Part shown: positions 38,001 to 50,000 of the stretch, one piece after another
Position numbering within the stretch: the stretch's first letter is position 1
How the letters are laid out: each line of letters opens with the position of its first letter
Origin: Podarcis filfolensis
Taxonomy: Eukaryota
NCBI GenBank assembly: GCA_964270895.1
Contig: OZ185438.1
DNA: 64,000 bases
Reading direction: 5' to 3' (one strand)
The notes under the pieces: model-generated
Seen by the model: only the letters and a program-made list of their open reading frames with translations
Told to the model about the DNA's origin: nothing
Database searches by the model: none
Made by a program: the position numbers and the translations under genes

Positions 38001-41000
38001 TCACCAGCCTATTTTGCAACACTCACCGGTTACAAAACCCTGTGGTTTCTTTCTATCAAATGATTTCTAAGCATGGACTTCATGGAACTTCAACTTTGTA
38101 ACTTTGTGACTTACACCCTAAGAAACTATGTGATTTGTCAGAGAGTAACAACAAGAGCTATTTCCACTGCAAGTTAAGTGTATGTTTTAAAGGTAAGGTA
38201 AAGGGACCCCTGACCATTAGGTCCAGTCGTGGCTGACTCTGGGGTTGCAGCGCTCATCTCGCTCTATAGGCCAAGGGAGCCGACGTTTGTCCGCAGACAG
38301 CTTCTGGGTCATGTGGCCAGCATGACTGTATGTTTTATCCAAGTGCTAATTGGTCTGAGTTTTAAAGACAGGCTAGAGTACAAATGTACATATATAAATA
38401 TAAAAGTGAGCTGCCTCTGCCTTATTTCCACCAATTCCCCACTTCCTCTTGTCCTACATGTCAGGCCTCTCCTGAGTGCCCCCTCAGGGAGCACTGAGGC
38501 TGCAGTAGAATAGTAGAAGCCATTTTGGCATATAAGCAACATAGGAATGAATGGATGAATGAACAAATGAACAAACAAACAAACGTATAACAGTGCAGGG
38601 AACTGTTTTGAGTGTTCTTGTGCAACTGCAGCACTGAATAATGCCTAGTATGGAATCCTCTCAACTAATGTGGTATGTCCAGGTTTCTAATAAGCCCTTG
38701 TATACATATTCTCACACTATATAGTTCTACAGCATGTGTTCCAAAAGTTACAAAATAAGTACAAACTAAAGGACCACTTCACATGTATTAGAATTATTCT
38801 TAAAATAAGCAAGCAAATTTTAAATCAGAGGTGTGGAACCTGTGGAGAGCCAAACGTTGCTTGATTACAACTTCAATCATCCCCAGCTACTGACTGAGGC
38901 TGACAGGAGTTGGAGCCCATGAATACCTGAAGAAGTATCAGATCGCTTGTAGAACAAGGTTATCTTTTACCCTCTCATAACTTACTAGGAAAAATTGATT
39001 TGTTGATAAATACTAGATGATATCATTTAGAAGAGACTCAAGAATAATAACAAATATTCTTTCTAAGAGCTGCCACAAAGATACAAAATTTAAGCCGTGT
39101 TTGACAGTATAACAATCTTAGTTATCTAGGATCTAAATTGTTTTTGTAAGCAAGCTGACAAGCACTAGACTTCTGTGATGTTGACAACATGCAAACATAA
39201 TATCTGAAGCAGTCCCCCAGCATCTCTAATGGCAGGAACAGATCGAGCTCTGAAGCTTCTCTTTCCCACTACTTTTGGATATAACAAGGGTCTAACCTTA
39301 CACTGCTAAGATACATTGTGGATTCCAACTCTCACCAGCCCCAAATAGTACACCCAATGGTCAGAAGGATGGGAGCTGCAGTCCTGCAACATGAAGAGGG
39401 CCCAAGATGCCCCACCCTTTTCTCAGATGGAAGACCATCAAAAGTTGTCCAGCTACAAATACAATAAATTAAAATTCTTAAGCTCCAGAATTACTTACCT
39501 GTCACTCTGCTTGTTACAGAAGTCATTTCTTATTTTATCTACTATAGATGTTCGGGGAAGGATGTTCGTTTTGTTTTTTTTCTTGGCATCACACTCTACC
39601 ACTACAATTAACCAATCCATAGAGCTGTGAACTTTTAGGACATTCTGCCACTTGGTGATGTCATCTTTTACTGTAGCTTTGTATACTTCTGTGTCCTAAG
39701 GATATAAGAGATTAAAACACAACATCAGGTTTACTGAAACATACTTGAAATGCTTTTTCCTGGAATGCCAGGGGGTGGGGAGTTCTAAAACTATCAAACT
39801 GAATTGGGGGGGGGGACTCTAGTATTTTCACTTGACAGAACTCTCTGTAAAAGATTCTTCAACAGTTTACTTTAAATACACACTGTTAACACTAGTTTTG
39901 CTAACTAGATGAGGCATAATTTTAGTTGGCACAGAGTTCCCCTTGCCCCTGAGTTGAATAAGTTCACCCACAAACTATAAGAGAATGCAAAGCTAACTAC
40001 AAATTACCTAGCTGTTAGTTCATGTTTTAAAACACACACCCATACTTACACAGCATTCTGTCCAATATATATGGAGAAAGGGAAATGTCAGAAGAGCTTT
40101 GTTCCCTTCTTTAGGTAGTAGTTCTTCTTTAAATTGTACAAAATTAGATTCCAGATGAATCATCTTAGGAGCACGCCCATAAGATCTGAATAGTATATAG
40201 AACACGGATATTACTACACACAGAACAAAGCTGAGAAAAAGAAAGCATGTAGGGCAAATATATTGGCTATGGTAAGATGGCAATACTCAGTTCAGAAATC
40301 CAGATGCAGTAGTACAACGTATTTAAAAATTGGGTAAACTTATCTTCTCTTACAAAAAGCAAACCTGAACTTACAGAAGTTTTTCATGGAAGACATTCCA
40401 TTTTTTGTTTACCATGAATCTTATGAACAGTTAGAATAGGTGAATCCCTCATTTTCAAGTGATTTCTATTTACATTCTTCTATTATCTTAACACATATTC
40501 TATTCTGAAACAGGAATTATGTTTGCAGCATCCACCCAAAACTTTTAGCCAGAATAGTTCTACTTTTAAGACAATGAGACAGAACAAAGTAAAAGGCGCA
40601 ACAATTAATTGCGAGCTACTTCACAGCTCTGAAAACTTGCAATGTCTATTCCTTCTTTCTAAACTCATCTCAAGTCTTGTCAAGAGACTGCTAGAGTGCA
40701 TCACTGCACTGATTCCTTGCCCAATGCATATAATGAAGAAAAGTGGAACTACCTTCTCCATTCCATGGGATCTCTTGGGAGTTGCTGAGAAAGTGTTGGA
40801 TACAGAGAACTGAAGAGATTCTGATCACCAGCACCTGAGAAACAAAAATATAAAATTCTGGTTATTGTGACTATTATCCATTTAAGTTCCAATTATTAGA
40901 CATTTTTTACAGTATGCCTTAGCTATTGGCAGGTGTGGAACAAGAATCTAAAGGCAACATATATACATTAGGGGTTGTATTCAACATAGTTCTATGGTGA

Positions 41001-44000
41001 ATGTCCCATCAATGTAAGGATTTCTCCTTGCATAATAGAACATTATCCCCTTCTCCTCCCACTGTGCTCCCTTAAATCTGTTCTGGCAGTCTCCCAACAC
41101 CTCAGAGCAGATTTGGGGATGGCATTGAGGGCACGGGGAATCCCACTATGCCAATGCTGATTCCTGCCACACCGCAACTAAGTTCACATAGAAGAAACAT
41201 CTCAATATTGGATAGGTCACTTCCTAGCTCAGAGAATGGTTCTTACTAGTCAGTTACCTGTATCTACAATCTATAATGTCTTTGTCCACCTGTTCCAAGC
41301 ACTCCATTCTATCTCTCTCTTCCACCAGGTTGTCAGGGTTTGCCTCCTCTCAGCACTCCACAAAACTGAGTTTTTGTGGAGATGTTCAGGGGCTCTTTTA
41401 CCCCTTAGGGCTTTTTCCCTGCATAATTTTTGTACTTGTGTGTAACTCTGAATTATTCCAAGTCTGTACTTCTCTCTTGCACGTAGATGGTGTGATTTTA
41501 TCTACAAAAGCCTGAACACAGGAAGATTCAGTATTAATATATGAAGTAAAATCATAATCAGTTGATAACTGATATTTAATTGGCTGCACTAAAGGTTTTC
41601 TAAATCCTACCATGCCTATCATTTCAGAACATGCTAGATTTTGGCACAGGAAAAAATTACTGCAGCTTTGAGTTCTAATGGCGCAATTTGAATGTTTTTA
41701 TTATTTAAAAAATCTGGGAAAAGTAATGGTAGAAAATGATCAGCTCTGTAATTTTTCAGTAGAAACTGTCCTTCCAACTACATTTTGCAGAGTACTTAAA
41801 ACTGTAATAGCTTTTAAAACTTTGATTTGGAGGAAATGGATGCTGAATAGGAAAACTGTTTCTCATACCACATCATTTATGCTCTCCTTTTCCATCAGAC
41901 TATGAGTCCAATGAAAATAAAATGCATGTGCAATAATCATCTCACTATTTCTTCAAATAAGTTTCTGTCAGGAGCAGCAACGTTCAGCTTACTGTCATCT
42001 TTGCAATTATCAAGTAAGAGCCATTGCCAACATGTTAGAAATTCTCCAAATCAGTGTACTTCAGACTCTCTGCCAATAAAAGATTCACGTTATGCCAGAA
42101 TAATATTCTGCTCTGGCAATCCCTTGGATTTTTAAGAGCCCAGTCCCTTGGATTTTAAAGAGACTAGTCATTGTCCTTCTGCAAACAGTTGAGAATGCTG
42201 GGGCGGTCCTGCCACCAGGCCTTTTAAATCAGCTACTGCACAGGGTGTTTTAAATCTCTTTTACCTCTTAATTGTTTTACTCTCTGCTACCTGGGTTTTC
42301 AGCTACATCATATTTTATTGTTTTCGTTATTAATTTTTAATTTGGCTTATTCCCCAAAGTAAACTGCCCCAAGAATTCTGTTATAAGTACGCCTATAAAT
42401 AGCGAACAATAATGAAGTCAGCTATTACAATAGTGCTCCAATACTGTAGTCTTTTCACAGGTAGGGGAGGGAAGGAGTAAAATACAGGGTTATGATGAGA
42501 AAACAAGGAAGAAAGCACAGAGCGGCTGTGTATCAGTTAAAGGGCAGATAGGATTACAAAGTTATTTTGCAAGGCTGGCAGATTAGGCTTTGGGAACAGA
42601 GGTTCATTAATGCTAAGTAAGGATTAACATAAAAGTTGTGGTCTTCCTGTAATAGTGGGAATGTGCACAAAGAGATATCTGAGTGATCAGTGGGATGTTC
42701 TAAACAAGGCAACCACAAAGCTGGAAAAGCAGGCAGTGGCACTTAGCATTTTGTCAGAAAAGAAGTGTAGCAATGTCGCCTAAGGCTGGGTTTGCAAACA
42801 ACCTCTGTGTGAAACAAACCTCCAAAATTATGCATGTGGAATAAGCTACATAATTTATTCTATTGGCAGAGGCCAAGAAGGAGCTATGGGCTGGAAGGTT
42901 ACAACTACACAACTTGGAGAACTAACTGCACAAACAGTTTTACACTAAATCCAAATGCCGTAGCAAAGAACACCAAGATGGAAAGCTTAAGGAAGACTAA
43001 ACATCAGGTGCTGCATGTTTGACAACTGCTCCTACATTTTCTACTAAAAGTCCCATGACAAAAACACAAGTCAAAGATTGACACTTTGACACCACCTTTT
43101 GTTTACTTTCATTTTTTTCAGCTAAAATAATCCCCAAGTCATCTTCTAATAAATTAATGCATCTCAAATTTTCAAATAATGCACAATTTCCATTTTGGAC
43201 TATCTCACAAGTTATTTGCGGATAATGGACGAAACTGTCAACTAAGGTTTTAAAATTATGTCCCGACCATCTCATTTAAAAAACATTACTAAACAGCATT
43301 AGACATATTCCCCAAGTGCATGGGGGACTTTTCCACAGAGTAATAAACTGCTGCATGTTCCCAATATGGGTTTGGAGGTCACCACGTGACACTTAAGGTC
43401 TTATGCAATCAAAGCTAGTTCCCTTTTGCTGTGAAGCAGCGAAGTGCTGGTATACAACCTATCAGCGTAACACACGTATGTGAGTGGTTCCTTGCTGGAA
43501 CACATTACCTCTCAACATTTCCCTTGGACCCAGTTGCTATGGTCATCACCACTTACTGACAGGAGAGGATGTGAGATGCCTGGTTAGTTTCTTATTCTTG
43601 CTTGGGATGGTATCACTCCACCAACCCCGCCCCTCCTAAACCCACGGCAAACTTTGGCAAATGCCAGTTCTCTAGCTGGGCCCACCATCATTATTCCTAC
43701 CACCATCAATATAGCTCAGTTCAGTAGTAGAGGGTACCAGAAGGGGTGCATGGTATAAATAAATTCACTAGCATTCCCATCTGAATTACACTCATTGAAA
43801 GCAGTGTTCGAAATCAGTCCGAAACCACTTTAAACCAAGTGAAGATGCCTGGGCATCAGGAGGTGCATGCCTGGGGACTGTTTTCACACATTAATAACCC
43901 ATCCTGTAGAATTCTATCAGATATATTTTATCTGCACAATCAGAATGAATTTCTAAAACTCTTTTTCTGAGCAGCCTGAGCAGCAGTAGTCAGCATGAAG

Positions 44001-47000
44001 AAAAAAGGCAGGAATAGGCCAATATATATGTGGACTGTTCCTGGATCATTTGACTTTTCTCCTTTTAGTTCTCAAAATTCTTAACCTAGCTCAAGGTTGC
44101 CATTTGAACTAACCCGATGTTAAACTGATAATCAATCACAGTCAGTAAATCATTTGTAGAATACAACTTTATAGAGATATCTCGCCGAGAAATGGCAACT
44201 AGACATTCCGTTTTGGCAACTGTAACTGTTGTTTAACCATTTTGGTGCCTAGCTTATATATCCGAGTTTCTAACACTGGTATGCACAACAGGAGCAAAGA
44301 ACCCTATGGTGTAGCTGCCTGGCTATTGCAGGGCTGATATGGAGAGAGCAATACAAATCTAGGAATCAACACTCAGCTGCTGCTGCTTCCCCACCTTAAT
44401 TCCTTCTCCCTCCTTATTTTCAGACATCATGATATATTGCTGTATTACTTTAGCTATATTGCTATATAGCTGGTGATATATCATGATGTTGAAATCCTGA
44501 TATTGCCAAGCCCTGGTGAGAATCAAAATGCTGGCAAGATGGTCTGATCCAGCAGGACTCTTAAAGCTGTTATGATACATCAAGTGTACTTTGCTCACGG
44601 TGCATACACTGGGAATCGGCTATAAATGTCAAGAAAACAGACATTTGCCCTACATTTTGATATGAGGACAAGACAATAACGAAACACACAAATTACTGTT
44701 CTGCAAACAGAAAAGTTTATTGCAGAAGGGAATGCAATCCAACGGATGCTCCCCATGGAGGAAAGGGAGGCAATTTTCTCCAATTCCCCCTATCAAACCC
44801 CCACATTATCTGACATACAGGGGATCCCCAAATCTCCAGAGCAGATTTTCAGGGAGAAGGAGGAATCAGCAAAAAAATCAGCTCCCCGCCTGCTTCCTCT
44901 AGCAGTAGGTTCCTGTAAGCAAATTACATTCACAGGAACTCTGGATGCGGGCCACTATGTGTTAGTCACCGGAGGAGGAGGGGAAGAGAAATCAGCAGTC
45001 AAATATATTTACATTTGCAACAGAACAGAAACAAGTAATAATATATAGCATAGTAGACAACTCCAAAGGTTGCTGAACTCCCACCTATCAGCCACAGGCT
45101 GCACAGCCAATGGTCAGCGATAATGGAAGCTGGAGTCCAACAGCATCTGGAGGGCACCACACTGTGCTAGCCGTCTTGTTATAGTTCAACCAGCAAGCCC
45201 AGGAAGCTCCCACCCTAGCAGGGAACGCTGCAATTGCTGCCGCCACCAACAAGCCACACATGCACTTCTTTGTTGTGTCTCAGGACTCAGGTGTGCCTGG
45301 GTTTGCAAGGCCTTCAACACAGCGGGTTTGAGACAGGTACGTAGATTAGAAGTTTTGTGGTGAAGTGGTAGCTAGGTCCTATGTTATTTGAAATTTGGTC
45401 ATAATCAGGCTTGAGGATCAAGTCCCTAGCCTGTACAACCATGGCACTGGGGCATTCATTAGCTTTGCTGCCCCAGAATTCTCCAAAACGTAAACATCAT
45501 AATCCTTCTGAACACACCAGGCTTTAGTGACCAGATTAAATTAGTATTTGATAGCTCTATACTGATATTTTAAATGTGTACTATTTTTGTATTTGGTTCT
45601 AATGGGAATTTATTTTATTCTGCTGCTTTTTGTGTTATATGACTGATTTTACCAATGCTTTTTATGAAAACTGTGTTGCTGTTTCATCTTAACGCTCTGT
45701 TAAGAAAAATGTTAGTCTGCAGACTAGCTTTAGGTTTCTTGTACTAGTTTTATGGTAAGTTTGTGCTACTAGCGTTTTCAATGATAAGATTAGATTTTCT
45801 TAAAGTGACTGTTATGTTTCAGGGCTGCAAGTTGCTTTAGATGCTCTTTGGCAGAGATGTGATTCATGAATGGATACATAAAACAGTACTGTCTGACCAA
45901 AATACCTGAAACAGAACTGGCTAGAAGTCTAAAAAAGATTTAACATTACTTTTAGGTATTTTCTCTTTATCTGAAAGCATTAAAGGAGGACATACATCAT
46001 CAATTTCATTCTTGCACATTTGTAAAACTGATCACTGAGCAAGTGATTGTGAAGGCAATGTTGAAACACTACATGCAAAATATTTACATACATAGAATAA
46101 TAAAAACGGCACAAACACTAGTTTACAGAAGAACAGACAGGAGCACTCCAAATGCAAAAATAAAAAATAAAAGCACTCAGTATTTATTACATTCCAAGAA
46201 ATAGCTATTTTCTGTTGATTTCAACTATTGACATTATTGGTAGCAACAGATAAAAATAGAATTTTTAGCATTCCCCTGAAGAATTTCACAGCTCAACCTA
46301 AGAAGTTTACAACAACTTGGTATTTCACCTTTTCTGAACAGTCTGCAGAAGTGCAGCACGCAAAGGAGAAGCATTCCTCCACAGTCTCTTCTTATCACCC
46401 CTGTATACTTGAGTGTTCTATATTTGGCACTTTATATGTGCAATGTGAAAATCTCAAATGGGAATTTTGGTTTATAGAGGCCGTTTCAATTTCAATGTTA
46501 AGTCTATGGTTCCTGGACCAACCTTCTCTCATATAGTAGCTTAACAGCTAATTGTTGTCGCACATCAGATTAATAAGATTAATAAGAGAAATGTACCGTA
46601 TTTTTCGCTCTATTGGACGCAGTTTTTCCCCTCCAAAAATTGAGAGGAAATGTGTATGCGTCCTATGGAGCGAATGCAGGCTTGTGCCATAGCCGCGTGC
46701 AACCCCTCCGGCAGGGAGAGGCTGCACGGGGCTATGGCTTCTTTAGCCCTGCGCAGCGTCTCCCGGCAAGGAGAGGCTGCACAGGCTAAAGGGGAAGCCA
46801 AAACAGCGAGCGGGATCCATCCCGCTCGCTGCCTTGCCTTCTTCCATAGCTGCGCGCAACCCCTCCGGCAAGGAGAGGCTGCACGGGGCTATGGATTCTT
46901 TAGCCCCACGCAGCCTCTCCCGAGAGGGAGAGGCTGCATGGGGCTAAAGGGGAAGCCAAAACAGCGAGCGGGATCCATCCCGCTCGCTGCCTTGCCTTCT

Positions 47001-50000
47001 TCCATAGCTGCGCGCAACCCCTCTGGCAGGGAGAGGTTCTGTGCAGCCTGTACGTTGCTCTTTGGGGCTGGGGGGGGAATGTTTTTTTTCTTGTTTCGCC
47101 CCTCCTAAAAACTGGGTGCGCCCTATGGTCCGGTGCGCCCTATGGTGCGAAAAATACGGTATATTCTCAGTTTCTAGGGACAAGATGTATAACTGGAGGT
47201 AATGGAGAAAAATCTTACACCGAACACGTGGGATACTCAAGGGTATTCTTGCACCAAATACATTTCTCAGAAGAAGAGCTCCTGAAAAGTAAGCCTGCAA
47301 CTTATGCACATTTAACTTGTGTGCATTCAGCTCTATGTGCTTGGAAGAATTAAAAGAATTAAAAGTGGATTGGGAGTGGGTATCTGGGGGGAAAGACTTT
47401 GGCAATTATACCTGCCACTACATCCAATGTGTTTTGACTATATACAATTTTGGCTTTAGGCATGAATCCCAGAATATACCCCCTGTGTAAGTTGAGGCTT
47501 ACTGCATTGCCACTGTAAAATAAATAGACTACCAGTAGTGTCATCTGTTACGCAGGGGCATGCCAGGATATGTGCCTAGCAGCCACTCTCCTGCCTCCTC
47601 CTGCTTATTGTAATTGGTCCTTTCAGAACAAATGATCTTATAATAAGTATGATGTGTGATGATGAAGAAGCAGCACCCCTACATAATAGGAGTGCTGGAT
47701 GTTCTTCCTCCAGTATTCTGCACTGCTGGCATGTTCTGCAAGCAGTGCTCTGCTTCTGTTCATGGTATACTATCATTGCACGTGGCTTCTGCCTTTAAAT
47801 ATAAAATTTACCTATTTAGTATCAACTTTACTCCACTGGTGTAGTGAAGGCTGAGGATTGAAATTTTCAATTTAAAAATCCAGAGCACTCTAGGAGAAGC
47901 TAGGAACTGCCTATGGGATAACTTGTTCACAATATAGCAAGAGGCTTCTAGCATGAGGCCAACCATTGTTTAAAGGTTTTTTGAATGAACCAAGCATACA
48001 GTTTCGTTCTATTCACGTCCCCAAGCAAAGCAAATTCCAAAGAAGCAGTCTGTTCCTTTTGGATGATTACTGGAAACTTACATCTGTACAATTCGATTTA
48101 TGTACATGGGAACAACTGAGCAGGTATTACAAGGCTGGAGAAGCAAGAAAAACAGCAGGAAATACTTGCCTCTGAGCTGCCACACCCTAAATCCCCCGAA
48201 CTGCTTTTGCCAACCAGTGATCTCTTTTCAGCCTTTCAACTGGATCCAAAACTCAAAATGTCTGAGTTTTCAGATTTACTGCTCCACACAAGCTCACATT
48301 CAGTTGGCAAGTCAGTTTCATAGTCTCTTTACACTGTGAAAGTGGGCATGTGAACTTACCAAGCCAATGTTACGTGCTGACAATTAACTTTCATGGAAAG
48401 TCGTCAAATCATGCCAAATGTAAAGGAACGATTTGAACAACAGAACAGCATGGATCATCATCCCATTAACATTTAACCAAGCATTCCATTCCAGAGGGAA
48501 TGTGCAAAATTATTGGATTCTTGTTCAGGTCTGCCGAAGATTCCATGAGTTGCCATGCCCTGCCCATCTCTTGGAGCAGCTGAGGTGGTTGACTATTTCT
48601 GCTAAGCTTTGTAAGTGATTTCAATTCTGTATTGTTTTATTCAATGTATTGCTATATACCTTTATGTCGTTAGTCACCCTGTGCTCCTGTTTGGAGGAGG
48701 ATCATGATACAAAAACAGCATAATAAATTATAAATTAAGAAAGATGCATTTTTAAAAAATATTCTGTTTTACTAGCAGGTGATAAACTGACACACAGAAA
48801 ATAACTCAGATAAATTTTCTCATAGGACACAACAAAGTTAATAAGACAAATCCAGCAGACACAGCATGGCTGTAACAGAATCAACATCCTGGGGTGCTCA
48901 AAAAGAATCCACTGTATGAGTTTATGTAATCAGAAATCAATGTTTTTGTGTCTGTAATTTTCCAACATCTAATATCTAAACAGGCCCACTAGGACAAATC
49001 TCTGCCTTTGCCAGCTTGCACAACTTGCTGAAAATCTGAGTTTTAAACTTTTGAACAGTACGCTAAGAGTAGATTCTAAGATTTTCTTCCAAGGGAGTGT
49101 TTTTGGAAAGACTCTCATGTGCAAACCCACAGGGAGGTAAAAGACCACATAGATTTTTCCAGCAAAGACTCACATGCAAGAAACAGCATTCCAGAAGCAC
49201 TCCCAGTGAGAAAACATTACACTAGGTTCACACCAAACCGAAGAATTCAAATAGGCTAAAAATAATGTTGAGCTCGTACAATTTAGTAGTAGCATCTAGG
49301 AATTTGAAATATTTCTTCTGAATGTGTACTCAAAAATTACTGCTATAGTGGGTGGTAAATGAGCCTACCTACATTTAAAGCCAGCATTGTGCCTCTTTGT
49401 TTGGTCCTAACTTTCATTCATTTCAAAGCTGCCACATTTTAAGTTTCAGCCGCAGCTCTTCCAGTTCAGATACAGGACAGTGTTTGGTAGAACTGTTCAT
49501 GATCCCATTGCTATCGTATAACCCCTTGAGTGGAATTTCAAAAGGGTTTCATTTATTTCTACTTTACCTTCAGTGCTAATCTGAGCTCGTACAATAAATT
49601 AACTTTCTGGACACCAATGGTTCAACTATTTAGTGAATGGCAAATAGCTTTGAACATAATTAAGAGATGAACCAATGGCCCAAAACCCCAAACAGAGCTA
49701 AAGTTTCTTCTCCTTAGTACAGGCAACTCCCACTTTGTGTGTGTTCAAGGCACGTGCAACTGCTGATGTGCACACCATTTTCAGTCCTGGGAGTGGGTGG
49801 AGGCGGAACGTACATGCACTATAACCCAGAATGCAACACCCATGAAAACGAGGATGCAATAATATGATTACTTGTGTCTTCCCTCCCCATTTTTTTTTCT
49901 TTTTACGTTACAATATATAAGGTTGTGCATCTTCAAGCACAGACTATACAGTGGTACCTCGGGTTAAGTACTTAATTCGTTCCAGAGGTCCGTTCTTAAC

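Noticed and set aside
44329-44515. Palindromic element with cagggct/agccctg ends and an apparent plus-strand acceptor
   Set aside because: Probably an old hAT-like MITE, but the flanking 8-mers do not match and nothing supports an exon; too weak to call.
46650-47405. 152-aa and 153-aa ORFs with an internal repeat
   Set aside because: Translations of the tandem units inside the non-autonomous transposon; no DDE transposase motifs.
47180-47560. Possible L1 ORF2 C-terminal remnant, with similar L1-like AT-rich tails near 6590-6760 and 11230-11500
   Set aside because: The resemblance is only vague, and boundaries cannot be defined without a repeat search.
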